NCBI GenBank assembly: GCA_963760795.1
Contig: CAVXEP010000010.1
Coordinates: 32,001-96,000 of the forward strand
Direction: 5' to 3'
DNA: 64,000 bases
DNA from: an uncultured delta proteobacterium
GTDB lineage: Bacteria > Desulfobacterota > Binatia > UBA9968
Shown here one piece after another: positions 50,910-62,235 of the stretch; position 1 is the stretch's first letter; every line of letters starts with the position of its first letter. Under the pieces are notes generated by a model, which saw only the letters and a list, made by a program, of their open reading frames with translations, was not told where the DNA came from and made no database searches. Made by a program: the position numbers and the translations under genes.

Positions 50910-51563
50910 CTAGGGGTTATCCTTTTTGGCGTCCGCTTTAGCGTCCACCGGCGCAATGGCGGCGCCTTCCACGGGTGCAACGGTCGGCGTTTCAACGGCT
51001 TCAACAGTGGGCGGCACGACTGCGACCAGCGCCAGGTTGTCTTCGGCAACCGACACGACCCCGTCAGGCATCTGCAAATCTTCAATATGAACCGAATCGC
51101 CGATGTCCAGAGCGGTTACGTCAACGTCGAAAAATTCCGGAATATCGAGCGGCAAACACTCGACCTCGATCTCGCGCAAGATCGGCTGAAGAACACCGCC
51201 GTTTACGATACCAATTGCCTTGCCGACAAAGTGGAGCGGCACATGCACCTGAATCTTCGCGGAAAGATCGACTTCGTAGAAATCGGCATGGATCACCTCG
51301 CCGCTGATCGGATGAAATTGCATGTCCTTCACCAGGGCAACCTTTTCGGCGAGCGTCGCCGACGCCGATTTCAACCGCACCAGGTGGGAACCTTGCAGGC
51401 CAGCAACGCGCCGAGAGAATTCTTTCTTGTCGAGCGCCAAGGTGACCGTCGTCATCTTCGGACCGTATAGAATCGCCGGAATCTTACCGTCGCGAAGCAA
51501 CCGTCTGGCGTCACGTTTACGCTGCTTATCGCGTGCTTCAACCTGTATTTCCAGAGTATCCAA
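50910..51563 (-). CDS. rplY: 50S ribosomal protein L25 / Ctc
   Basis: IPAILYG, QFHP, HADF and LDIGDSVH motifs. Confidence 0.95.
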   Translation of the reverse strand: MDTLEIQVEARDKQRKRDARRLLRDGKIPAILYGPKMTTVTLALDKKEFSRRVAGLQGSHLVRLKSASATLAEKVALVKDMQFHPISGEVIHADFYEVDLSAKIQVHVPLHFVGKAIGIVNGGVLQPILREIEVECLPLDIPEFFDVDVTALDIGDSVHIEDLQMPDGVVSVAEDNLALVAVVPPTVEAVETPTVAPVEGAAIAPVDAKADAKKDNP

Positions 51564-51581
51564 GGAAACTACCTCCTCTGA

Positions 51582-52532
51582 TTAAACGAATAGAGAGCTG
51601 ATCGATTCTTCTTCATGGGTGCGGCGAATCGCCTCACCGATCAAGTGGGCAACCGACAATGTTTTAATCTTGCCGCATCCCTGGGCTTGCGGCCCGAGGG
51701 GAATCGTGTTGGTGACAATCAGTTGTTCGAGCGGGCATTCTTCGATGCGCTTGATCGCCGGTCCGGACAATATCGCGTGCGAGCAGCAACCGATGATTTT
51801 TCGCGCGCCTGCTTCTTTAAGCGCTTCGGCAGCCATGGTCAATGTCCCGGCGGTATCGACCATATCGTCGATTAATATCGCAATCCGATCCTTGACCTCA
51901 CCGATAATATTCATCTCGGCAACGACATTGGGACCGATCCGACGTTTATCGATAATCGCCAACGATGCATCCAAGCGCGTGGCGATGGCCCGCGCCCGTT
52001 CCACGCCGCCGGCGTCCGGCGAGACGATAGTAACCTCGGTATGATCGACTTGCTTGCGCAGATAATCCAACAGCACCGGCGTGGCGTAAACGTTATCCAC
52101 GGGAATGTCGAAAAAGCCTTGAATCTGCCCCGAGTGAAGGTCAACGGTCAACATGCGCGACGCGCCGGCTCGGGTTATCAGATCGGCGACTAACTTAGCG
52201 CTGATCGGCACCCGCGGGATGACTTTACGGTCCTGGCGCGCATAGCCGTAGTAGGGCATGACGGCAGTGATGCGTTGAGCTGAAGCGCGCTTGAAGGCGT
52301 CGAGCATCAGCAAAAGCTCCATCAAGTTGTCATTGCCGGGCGTCGAGGTAGATTGCAAAACAAACACATCCGCGCCGCGGACGTTCTCCTTGATTTCGAC
52401 CTTGCTCTCGCCGTCGCTAAATTTGTCCACCATCGCCTTGCCCAACGGCACTTTGAGATACTGGCTGATCTCTGCGGCGAGCGGCGGATTGGAGTTTCCC
52501 GCGAATATTTTCAATTCGGCTGTGCGACCCAT
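51582..52532 (-). CDS. prs: Ribose-phosphate pyrophosphokinase
   Basis: FSDGE, YGYARQDRK, DLHSGQIQGFF, SPDAGG and DDMVDTAGT motifs. Confidence 0.97.
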   Translation of the reverse strand: MGRTAELKIFAGNSNPPLAAEISQYLKVPLGKAMVDKFSDGESKVEIKENVRGADVFVLQSTSTPGNDNLMELLLMLDAFKRASAQRITAVMPYYGYARQDRKVIPRVPISAKLVADLITRAGASRMLTVDLHSGQIQGFFDIPVDNVYATPVLLDYLRKQVDHTEVTIVSPDAGGVERARAIATRLDASLAIIDKRRIGPNVVAEMNIIGEVKDRIAILIDDMVDTAGTLTMAAEALKEAGARKIIGCCSHAILSGPAIKRIEECPLEQLIVTNTIPLGPQAQGCGKIKTLSVAHLIGEAIRRTHEEESISSLFV

Positions 52533-52690
52533 CCTTTTCTCACTACCCCTGCCATGCAAATCCGTCAATTCGTAGTCCAATCACCTCTGCCACTAAAAAA
52601 CAGCAGCGCCGTCCCTCTGTGAACGGCGCTACTCAAGTTCTACTAAATCCATGTCGCAAAGGCCAGCCGGGCAATAATAACAGGAGAAAC

Positions 52691-52765
52691 TGGCTGGGCG
52701 GGAAGGATTCGAACCTTCGAATACCGGCTCCAAAGGCCGGGGCCTTACCACTTGGCGACCGCCCA
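52691..52765 (-). tRNA. tRNA-Gln(TTG)
   Basis: TGGGCGG acceptor stem; anticodon arm CCGGC-CTTTGGA-GCCGG; GTTCGAATC T-loop; encoded CCA. Confidence 0.96.
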
Positions 52766-52813
52766 TCCGTGAACTCCCGCTGGGAAGCTCATCCGGTCGC
52801 GCAGAACACCCGA

Positions 52814-53101
52814 TCACTCGTCATGGACCGGTGTCGGCGCCCCGCCGTCGGCGAGCACTTTTTGATACTCCGCGATTATCTTTTCCTCGATCATCCGGCG
52901 CGTCTCATTGTTGATCGGATGCGCGATATCTTTATAGGTTCCATCCTTGCGCTTCTTGCTGGGCATCGAGACAAACAGCCCAGTGGCGCCATGTATGATT
53001 TTTAAGTCCCGAATCACAAAGCAGTGATCGAGTGTGATAGTGACATAAGCCCTGAGCTTATCTTCCTCGACAGGAAAGACCCTAACCTCGGTAACTTGCA
53101 T
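52814..53101 (-). CDS. spoVG: SpoVG-family nucleic-acid-binding protein
   Basis: MQVTEVRV, GLFVSMPS and YKDIAHPIN motifs. Confidence 0.95.
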   Translation of the reverse strand: MQVTEVRVFPVEEDKLRAYVTITLDHCFVIRDLKIIHGATGLFVSMPSKKRKDGTYKDIAHPINNETRRMIEEKIIAEYQKVLADGGAPTPVHDE

Positions 53102-53169
53102 AGGGACCCCCTTCTGGACGAGCCAGATGTTGCGCCGGTAGAGTTCTTTTTATGGGCTTTTGACTAATC

Positions 53170-54033
53170 TTAATTCAAAACATGCACCAGGAACGCTTGG
53201 ATCCCCTCCTCATGCCGCATCCGACGATAGGCTCGCTCAGCCAATCGTTTCGACCTGAAAACGCCAAATACCGAGGAGCCGCTTCCCGACATCAGAACCG
53301 CCACGGCACCTGCCAGAGACAGTTTCGTTTTCACTCGACCGATTTCAGGATATCTCCTTATGGCAACCTGCTCGAGATCATTGACGAGCAGTTTTTCGAG
53401 CGTATCCAGGCTCTCCAGCGGCGTCGCAATGCTAGTATTTACGCTAACTTTTGTCAACTTTAGAGAGAGGTTTCCGTACACCCACGCAGTCGCTACCGGG
53501 AATCCTGGGTAGGCCAGTACCAGCCAGCGGCGCCGCAGCTTCGGCAGCAAACGGAGTTTTTCGCCGATCCCACGCGCCCGCGCCGGCTTGGCGCGAATAA
53601 AGAACGGCACGTCAGCGCCAAGTTGCAGCGCCAGCCGCTCCAATTGGCGCACCGACAAGCGCAATTTCCACATGCGGTTAAGGCCGACCAACACCGCGGC
53701 GGCGTCGGTACTACCGCCGCCCAGCCCTGCACCGATGGGAATATTTTTTCGAATGCGAATGCAAACAGGTCGATTAATCTTGGTTTTTTGCATCAACAAT
53801 TCTGCGGCGCGGTAGGCGATATTGTCCCGACCCAACGGTACTTGCGAATGGTTGCAGCGAATTTCTACCGGCGCAAGCGGCGCGGCGCGGCGCGCGGTTG
53901 TGCGCTGCTGAATGTCGATCTCATCATAGAGCGACACCGGCACCATGACAGTATCGAGCAGGTGATAGCCATCGGCGCGTTTGCCGACCACCCGCAAGCT
54001 CAAATTGATTTTTGCCGGCGCGCGAATCTTCAC
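53170..54033 (-). CDS. ispE: 4-diphosphocytidyl-2-C-methyl-D-erythritol kinase
   Basis: APAKINL, DGYH, GAGLGGGSTDAAA, LGADVPFF and MSGSGS motifs. Confidence 0.96.
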   Translation of the reverse strand: MKIRAPAKINLSLRVVGKRADGYHLLDTVMVPVSLYDEIDIQQRTTARRAAPLAPVEIRCNHSQVPLGRDNIAYRAAELLMQKTKINRPVCIRIRKNIPIGAGLGGGSTDAAAVLVGLNRMWKLRLSVRQLERLALQLGADVPFFIRAKPARARGIGEKLRLLPKLRRRWLVLAYPGFPVATAWVYGNLSLKLTKVSVNTSIATPLESLDTLEKLLVNDLEQVAIRRYPEIGRVKTKLSLAGAVAVLMSGSGSSVFGVFRSKRLAERAYRRMRHEEGIQAFLVHVLN

Positions 54034-54150
54034 GCGTCACTAGCTAACATAGCCGCTAGATAATTGCGAAAGTTCGGCAAGCCATGACACAAGACTCAAG
54101 CGCATTTCTCCTGCGGAATATTATCCAAGCTTCTTAAGAGTCTTTTTGAC

Positions 54151-54397
54151 CCGCAGCCGGCCCTGGACGTGTGCTACGGCGCGTGTGGGCCGCGTCGACG
54201 GATATTGGGAGTTGAAACTGAAACCTTGGGATGTTGCGGCGAGAAGTTTGATCGTCGCCGAGGCGGGCGGCAAACTCAGCGACTTTCGCGGCGAGCCATT
54301 TGACATCAGAGGCCGAGGAACTTTAGCGGCCAATCCGCTGATTCATGAGCAAATGTATCGCATCACCGCGGCCATAGAGACCAAGCACGTTGACTGA
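54151..54397 (+). pseudogene. suhB: 3' remnant of an inositol monophosphatase (SuhB)
   Basis: ALDVCYGACG / RVDGYWELKLKPWDVAA..LIVAEAGG; the N-terminal two thirds are absent. Confidence 0.75.
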
Positions 54398-54427
54398 TCG
54401 CCAACCCGGTGATAGAAAATTTGCCAC

Positions 54428-54502
54428 GCGCCCGTAGTGAAATGGATATCACGAGGGTCTCCGAAACCCTAAGTACAGGTTCAATTCCTGTCGGGCGCAC
54501 CA
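54428..54502 (+). tRNA. tRNA-Arg(CCG)
   Basis: GCGCCCG/CGGGCGC acceptor stem; AGGGT-CTCCGAA-ACCCT anticodon arm; GGTTCAATTCC; ACCA end; upstream TTGACT-N17-TAGAAA. Confidence 0.95.
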
Positions 54503-54681
54503 CGCTGATTTATAAAGACAAACTCTTAAAACTCCCGGCCGGCTAAAATGACGAGGCTGCCCATAAGGTTGGCCAAAGCCGTTTGCTCGCCGCTACGCAT
54601 GGTAGATCTCGTCATCATCGACCTCTCTATTTGACTGCATGTTCCTTGGCGGTTTTGGCCCTGGCTAGGTGTCCCTCGCGT

Positions 54682-55161
54682 GCCATGAATCTCCGCGTCT
54701 GCGGTTGCCTGTCCGACGCGCAGATAGAATGCGCGGGCAGCGTGGCAAATTCAACGCTATCGTTCGCGAGTTTCCGGTCCTCTGCTCGACCGCCTCGACC
54801 TTCAGATCACAGTGCCCGGCTTGCGTTATTTAGCGTTGGCAAGCAAAGACGCTGGTGAAATCTCGACGGATTCGTGAAGGCGTGAACACTGCACGCAAGA
54901 TTCAACTGCCGCGATTCGAGAATTCAAAGCTTCACGCCAACACTTAAATGGGCGCGAAAGAGATTCGCGCGGTCGTGCCATGAAAAATGATGCAGAGAAA
55001 TTATTGGAAACCGCGATTAGCAAGCTCGCCCTGAGCGCGCGAACCTGCAGCCGAGTGCTGAAAGTTGGCCGCACGATCGCCGACCTCGCCGGCGCAAAAA
55101 CATCGAGGCCGCTCGTATCGCCGAAGCAATTCTCTATTAGAGTTTGGATCGGAGAATGTAG
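54682..55161 (+). pseudogene. comM: Decayed 3' remnant of the ComM/YifB Mg-chelatase-like ATPase
   Basis: Across several frames: [76 protein letters not shown]; in-frame stops present. Confidence 0.82.
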
Positions 55162-55449
55162 TCTGTCGCTCGGACGTTTTTTTACTCATGAGGCGGGAAA
55201 GGGGTAAAGAATTGGGTCGTTCGAACGGATGCGAACGATATGGAAGAGACGCGGGAGGCGAGGAAAGTGCGGTGAATCTTTCACCCGGGAGCAAAAGTTT
55301 GAGAATCCAAAAGATATCGAGTGTGAAAAGCGGTCAAGGAAGATTTGGCGGGGTATCTGCTGGCCCAATCGCTGTATCACAAGTGAACCCGACGGTCACC
55401 GGTGGGAGTGCCGGTATCGTTGAGAACTAGCCGGCCAATAAATCGTGAG

Positions 55450-56959
55450 TTAGTGGCGGAAACGGGGGTTTGTTGCGCTAACCTTGTTTTCAATTACATA
55501 ACTCGCTTCCGGCGGGAAGGGAATTTCAGGCGCCTGGGGTCGGAACTGTTTTTTATCAAGACCATAAAGTCGCATTTTGCGAAAAAGCGTTCTCACACAA
55601 ATGCCGGAGTTAGCCGCTGCCCGATCAATGCTGCCGTGAAAAGCCTCGAGTTGTTTGACTAAGTAGGCCTTTTCCTGTTCTCTGATCCACTGCGCGAAGG
55701 TTACGCCGGTTGCTTTGTTTGCTCGATCTTTCTCAGGCGGTGGAGGCTCATCCAAAAGATCCACCTTCTCAATTACCGGTAAAACAGCCATGACCACGGC
55801 TTTCTCGAGCACGTTCTGCAGTTCGCGAACATTGCCAGGCCAGGAATGATGCATAAGCTGGCTCATTGCTTGCCGAGAGATTTCCGTAATCCCCTTTTGC
55901 GCCGCAAAGGGGTGCGTTCGTAGGAAATTCTCCACCAGCAACGGGATGTCGGCTCGCCGCTGTCGCAGCGGCATGAGCTGAATCGAAACCACATTGATGC
56001 GATAATAAAAATCGTTCCGCATCTTTCGATCGGCAACAAGCTGCTTGGCAGGGACTTTGGTTGCGGCAATGACTCGGATATCGATATCATACTTCCGATT
56101 CCCACCCAGCCGTTGGACCTTGCGATCCTCGAGGACACGCAGAAGTTTTGCTTGCATCGATAGCGACATGCTTTCTATTTCATCCAGGAAAAGGGTGCCC
56201 CCATGGGCTAACTCGATCATTCCCTCCCTTGCGTGGTCTGCACCAGTGAAGGCTCCGCTCTCGAACCCGAAAAGCTCGCTCTCGAGAAGCGAGTCGGGCA
56301 CACCCGCACAATTAATCGTCACGAGTTTTCCCTCGCGCCGCGCGCTTCGATCATGAATCGCCTTTGCGACGAGCTCCTTTCCGGTTCCAGTTTCACCCTC
56401 CACGAGTACCGTCACATCCATGTTTGAAACCATCCGGATGGTTTCAAAGACACGGTACATTTCAGGAGTTTTGCTGAGCATACCGACGAATTCGAAACTC
56501 TCTGCGAAACTGTCGTCGCATATGTCTGAGTTCCGTAAAAATTTGCCCTTTCTCCAATGCCGACTGTGTGGACGTTTGGACGGCCACAGCACTAATGGGT
56601 GTGCTAATAAAGTCACTGACACCCGCCTTGAGGACTTTAACCGCAACTTCAACGTCTCTTTCCCCGGTAATAACAATGACTGGAACATCAGAATGCAACT
56701 TGCGTATCCGCTCAATGAATTTGATCCCATCGAGGTCTGGCAAGTGAACGTCAGTCACCACCAGATCCGTTGAGCCATCAGCTATTTTCACGAGCGCGTC
56801 TTGACCGGACTGCATCACAGACACCGAATACGCGCATTGAGAATAAAGGCGCTGTAGTTGCTCACAAACCATTGCGTCAGAATTGATGAGCAGAATTCGT
56901 GGCGAGCGCTGCTCATCGAGGGGGATTTGCGTGGTGTTTCGTTGAGTCAATTTAGTCAC
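55450..56959 (-). CDS. Sigma54-dependent response regulator (NtrC/AtoC family; frameshift near 56510)
   Basis: Receiver VVTDVHLPDLDG; GETGTGKE, ESELFG, GAFTGA, LFLDEI and WPGNVREL motifs; C-terminal HTH. Confidence 0.88.
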
Positions 56960-57652
56960 TGATGAGTCAAATCACGACGACAACGTATCGTCATTTAGCC
57001 GAAACTTTTGACGCGGCTGTTACCAGTCCAGAGAGCTAGAGAATTGTCAGGCGGATAACGAAGCACCAAAGTCGCGTATTCCATTTTTTAGTATCAGCAC
57101 TGCAACCGTTGCACAGATTGAGTCAAAATGAGTCGAAATTTTCAAAGTGGCCCCAATTCGCACAATGATGACGTGTAGATTCGAGAGGTTAGCGGGTCGA
57201 ACCATTTCAAAATGTCCTCATTGAATAACGTCTTCCGCAGTCCCCCCCCTCACGTCTGCAAGGCAACGAACGCCATTGCATTTTAGATCTTCGTGCACGA
57301 TCTCAAACCATTCGCCTAGCTCGATCAAATCGGGTCTCAAGATGTCGATGAAATCACCGCCACGTTCGCCGGACGCACAGCTTAAAAAAAATTACTAGCC
57401 CGGCTGCCCTCGTCGGCTTAGCACATGCCAACAATTGCATGCCCAAGACGTCAAGCAAGTCGTTTATTTTGACAGAAACAAGTGTCACCGCACTCTCTAC
57501 GAATGCAGTATCTCTATTTTCCGTCCCACAGTTCGCCCTTAAGACTCGATTAAGAATTATGCAGCATCTCAATTACCAGCCGTCTCTGAACCAAACTCAA
57601 ACAGAGAGTACAGCTGTTAAGAACCGATCGTACCCTCTGGTGTGCAGCGGCT

Positions 57653-59011
57653 TCAGAGCGGAATGATATTAGGTCTTGGAAAACTCTTGAAGCCGTTCCG
57701 ACTGTCTACTACCAGGGCGTTTTGCGCCGCGATCATTGCGTAGTCGAAGGTTTCATGGTCATTCAATAACACGATACAATCCATCGAATCGACAATTTTC
57801 GATGAAAGCTGGATCGATTTCATCGCTGCACCCTCGATCTCGATGGACTTCTGATATGGATCAGCGAACGATATAGAAACGCCTTTCTGTCGTAACCCCC
57901 GCAGGACTTCTATCGCGGCAGCCTCACAGAGGCCGCTGGAGTCACGTTTATGACTGACACCCAAAGCAAGAATTCTTGAATGTTTGAGGCTCTTTCCTGC
58001 TTCATTTAACGCGTCGGCAATTCGTTCGATTATGAAGGATGACATTTGGCTGTTAATGTCTGTCGCCAATTCAATCATGCGAAGATGAAATCCACCTACT
58101 CCGGTCTTAGACGTAATGTAACGTGCGTCTACTGGAGCCACATCGCTACCCATGCCAGGCCCAGGATGAAAGGGCATGAACCCAAACGGCTTACTCTGCG
58201 CCGCATCAATCACCTCCCAGACATTAATGCCAAGCTTGCGCGAAAGCAGTGCCATTTCATTGACGACAGCAGTATTTACACTACTAAACGTATTTTCCAA
58301 AAGTTTTACCATCTCAGCCGTCTCTGGTGATGAAACCGGAATAATGGTTTCAATAAATTGCCGGTAAAACAACACCGCCATTTCAGTGCAGTACGTCGTT
58401 ATACCGCCAACAACTCTTGGGATGATGTGGTTTTTGTAACTTGGGTCACCAGGATTGAGTCTTTGCGGCGTATAGGCAAGAAAGAAGTCTTCGCCAACTT
58501 GCAGACCGGTCTCTTCTAAAATTGGTAATATCAACTGTCTCATCGCACCTGGGTAGGCCGTGCTTTCCAAGACGATTAATTGCCCCGGACGCAAATGATT
58601 GCGCAACGTCTCAATTGCAGCAACAACGTAGGATAGAGATGGTTCGTTTGTCTTTTGCAATGGCGTCGGAACGCAAATACTGATCGCGTCAAGCTCTTCA
58701 ACAGTTGCTAGAGATTGGGTAGCCTTGATCTGATTCTTCACAACGAACTGAAAAAGCGTTTCGCTTGGCACATCGACGTGATCCGATATCCCGGCGTTAA
58801 CAGCGTTGACTCGCGCCCCATCAAAATCGACTCCGGTGACGCCAAACCCCGCTTTTGCCATCTCCACGGCTGCAGAAAGCCCAGCGTATCCCAACCCGAC
58901 TACACCAACTGCGGCGCTGCGATTACGGATCTTCTTTTCCAGGTTTACCCGTGGGATGTTGGTTTGCTTGGGCGGCGGTTTCCCGTTGCTCTGTCTCGCT
59001 CCAGTTCTCAT
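57653..59011 (-). CDS. Nucleotide-sugar dehydrogenase homolog (UDP-GlcNAc/ManNAc dehydrogenase family) lacking the catalytic Cys
   Basis: GLGYAG, ICVPTP, EST.YPG, VKLLEN and KPFGFMPF motifs; GSDVAP in place of GGHCIP. Confidence 0.82.
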   Translation of the reverse strand: MRTGARQSNGKPPPKQTNIPRVNLEKKIRNRSAAVGVVGLGYAGLSAAVEMAKAGFGVTGVDFDGARVNAVNAGISDHVDVPSETLFQFVVKNQIKATQSLATVEELDAISICVPTPLQKTNEPSLSYVVAAIETLRNHLRPGQLIVLESTAYPGAMRQLILPILEETGLQVGEDFFLAYTPQRLNPGDPSYKNHIIPRVVGGITTYCTEMAVLFYRQFIETIIPVSSPETAEMVKLLENTFSSVNTAVVNEMALLSRKLGINVWEVIDAAQSKPFGFMPFHPGPGMGSDVAPVDARYITSKTGVGGFHLRMIELATDINSQMSSFIIERIADALNEAGKSLKHSRILALGVSHKRDSSGLCEAAAIEVLRGLRQKGVSISFADPYQKSIEIEGAAMKSIQLSSKIVDSMDCIVLLNDHETFDYAMIAAQNALVVDSRNGFKSFPRPNIIPL

Positions 59012-60322
59012 GCGATACCTCTCATTATTTTTCGCTTAGCGCTTTCCATCGACGATTAAGCGCCACGATGATTATGTTTCTGCCCAAATCATTTCAGGTT
59101 TGCCGGTCGCGAAAACACGACTCGATTCTGACCCGGACTGTCTTTCCAAGGCTAGCCCGGATTTTTCACGACGTGATCACAGTGCAGGGCAGCAAGCGCA
59201 GTACGGTGGGCATTGTGAACCGATCGGCCACGGCGATGCTTGGCGCAACAAAAGTCGAAGGAAATTGACGGCTGATTACGGCGAGATGGATCTTGAATTC
59301 AGCGAGCTTTGGCTCGCCGGAGATTCAAGAAATGAGCTAACAGACTTGCAACTTTATGAAGGCTTAGGCCATGAAAAAAACTCCAGCGTCGGTTCGCTCC
59401 GACTCCGGCCGCAATCAACGAAACTGACAGCCGCAATGGAACGAAATCACTGGCGAGTTGTGCGAAATACATAATGAATTGAAACTGACAGTGGAGGTTG
59501 TGGTAAAATCAATGCACATTTTAGCCGCGAAGTAATACACCCCTTGTAAAGCGATACACGCCAATCGCTTTGCCAGATCAGAATTTTAGCCAAGAAAGAA
59601 ATAAAATTTTGTGCGATCTTGGAACAGGGCTGAATTGGCCGCAAGGAGAGATCCGATGACGACCATCACGCGGAACTTTCGATGTCCCAAAGTATACGGT
59701 TCCCGACCCTAAGTTCAAAGGCAACCTCGGGGGTAAAGAGATCTGGCCCAAAAATACCGATATCCAAGGCCTAGGCGCCGTTGGCCATCTCTGCATTATA
59801 GAACTCGCGGGCAATATGGTTTACCAGTGAATTCAAAGAAGTCGTGCTTCGCTGCCTCAGCGCCGCCACGGCCAGGCGCTCTGTCGCCGTGGCTGGCTGG
59901 CCTGGTGGGGGGTTGATGAGCCGGACGTTGGAGTCGTGAGGATTTGTCTTGTCGCATCCCAGCTCTCTCTGTTCTCTGTCCGGACGCTATGCGCCGGGTA
60001 AAACTAACCTGCAGGTATGATTTCTTGCGCCATGGCGATCTCCTTATTATCAATAAGGATTATCTATTGGGGGTCTACTGGCCGCGCTATTGCCGGCAAC
60101 CTACAATTGGGAAGGTTATAACGGTGCCAAGCTTGGCACAGGCCGTCAATAATCTTACGATGATTCCGGCGCGTATGGGAGATCGTAATTTCTCGGCCGA
60201 TGTAGATGTAATCTGCGTATCACTTATTCCTTCATAAATGTTTTCATCCACATCGGATGAGCATTCCGTAGTAACGAATTACGATGTGTGCAGAGTACCT
60301 CAGCTGATGCTCTGGCGTATAA

Positions 60323-61060
60323 TCAATTCTGGCCGAGACGTGCCATTGCCGCCTTGAGGCTCGCCCGCATACGCTCCAGAGAGTGGGTAAGCTCTCCGAA
60401 TTCGTCGCGCGACTCGGATTTTATGGGAACGTCGAGATCCCCCATGCTGATACGCTCGGCGACCTCGATCAAGCGCTTGAATGGACGTATTAACCGATTT
60501 GCCAGGAAAGCAGCGATGATGATCGCCATGACGAGCACAAAAGTTAGCGGAATCATAAGCAGCAAGAATCGATTGTGGATTTCGCGCTCAACGATATTTG
60601 ACCACACTCCCAAACGGACCGCTCCTAACCGCCCCTCGAGAATCGGCCGGCGTATTTCAGTTACAGGCTTCCCTTCTAAGCTTATCTCACGTCGGCTGGT
60701 TTGACTCTGCTCATCGTGACTAAGATTTTTTTGAATCTCCGGTGACAAAGAACGCAAACTGTTGGCGATAACATTCCCCTCACGGTTCTGAATAATAGCA
60801 TACGCCACGCCGTCTAACTCCCCATACCTGGTAACGAGAGAATGAGGACCTAATGCATCCTTGCTCAAGACATATCCGGCGGCCGTATCTGCCATGCTAG
60901 TCGCAATCAATGAGGCTTGTTGTGCGTAGCTTTCTCTCAGTGCACGACCGAGCCAATAGTAAACGATGCTCGCGATAGTCAACCCGACAACAACGATCAA
61001 GATGATGAAATTCCTTCTGATCGATAGGATCAAACTCTCTCCTTGCGGGCCGAAATCCAC
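60323..61060 (-). CDS. Two-TM sensor-domain protein ending in a HAMP domain, with no output domain
   Basis: Two TM segments; RPFKRL...AERISMGDLD...DEFGEL..SLERMRASLKAAM. Confidence 0.75.
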   Translation of the reverse strand: MDFGPQGESLILSIRRNFIILIVVVGLTIASIVYYWLGRALRESYAQQASLIATSMADTAAGYVLSKDALGPHSLVTRYGELDGVAYAIIQNREGNVIANSLRSLSPEIQKNLSHDEQSQTSRREISLEGKPVTEIRRPILEGRLGAVRLGVWSNIVEREIHNRFLLLMIPLTFVLVMAIIIAAFLANRLIRPFKRLIEVAERISMGDLDVPIKSESRDEFGELTHSLERMRASLKAAMARLGQN

Positions 61061-61075
61061 CGCGGGTCCTTACTC

Positions 61076-62198
61076 TTAGATTGCGTTTGCGGCTTGACCA
61101 TTCTTGTTAGCAAGACCGAAAACGGCGACCATTTTTTGCTGGAACTCTGCGCGTAGCACGTCGTCAAGTATTTCGGGGCTCACCAATTCAACGATCTTCG
61201 CAATGCGAGCCACCGGCGGCGTTTCCAACCGGTCGTCAAGTGCGGTCAGATGACTTCCAAGGACAATCGGGCGCCATGGGTCCAACAGCATTTGTAAGTG
61301 CTTTGGCGACAACATCCAATAATTGCGGCGTCGGGTCCTTTGCGGGCTTCGTTATCCCGGAGTCAATACTCGCAGTGGGGTTGATCTCCCCAGTGTTGGC
61401 TTCCTCCACAAGCCTTGCTGTTACAGCCGGGCTTGCCTTATCGGCGTGAGTTCGACGGCTGTCAATGTGATGCTCAAGTCCAGAGGGTCGTATGTGAGCG
61501 ACTGGAACGGGAACCTTGCGATCTCGACCGAGTAACCCTAAATGAATCTCCCTTGCGACTTCCTTTATGACATCGGCCGATACCCACTTCTCGGAATCCG
61601 CATAAGCAATCAGTAACGCATTGTCACAAATGATGTTGACCAACCGAGGAACTCCTTTGGAATAGAGCGCGATCTCTCGGATCGCATCTCGGGGAAAGAG
61701 ATCGTTGCGGCCGTAGTCAATGGCCTTCAGACGGCATTCGATAAACGCTCCTATCTCGTCTTCCCGAAGCCCCTCGAGCCGCCATTTGAGAGTGATGCGT
61801 TGCTTCACCTGGCGCAGCTCAGGTCTGTCAGGTTTGATCTCCAGTTCGGGTTGGCCGGACAAGACAATTTGCAGCAGCTTCTCTCGCGGAGTCTCGAGGT
61901 TCGAGAGTAACCGAATATTCTCGAAAACATCGTCTCGTAAGTTATGCGCTTCGTCAATTAAGAGCGCGACCGTCGATCCTTGTCTCAACTGCGCCAGCAG
62001 AAACTTGTTGTGTGCCTGGATTTTCCCAAGCTGCCCTTGACCTTTAACTTGCAAATCGAGCTCGTCGCAAACATAACATAGGAGATCTTCAAATGGTAAG
62101 GTGGTGTTGTAGAAGAATACAAAGGGTACGGTGCCGTCTAATTCTCCCATCAGTTTTTGAAGAATAGTCGTTTTCCCGGTGCCGACTTCCCCGGTCAA
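61076..62198 (-). pseudogene. ExeA/GspA-like AAA ATPase, 5'-truncated, frameshift near 61270
   Basis: Begins at Walker A TGEVGTGKTT; LLIDEAH, LSNLET, GQPEL and GVPRLVNIICDNAL motifs; the usual N-terminus is absent. Confidence 0.75.
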
Positions 62199-62235
62199 TA
62201 ACGTGCCGCTAGCAGACCGGGTGGTACAGCGGTGT

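Noticed and set aside
52814-53101. spoVG as evidence of sporulation or transfer from Firmicutes
   Set aside because: spoVG between ispE and prs is a known arrangement in non-sporulating deltaproteobacterial lineages.
54503-55450. Integrase next to tRNA-Arg
   Set aside because: The coding traces here translate to ComM motifs, not a recombinase.
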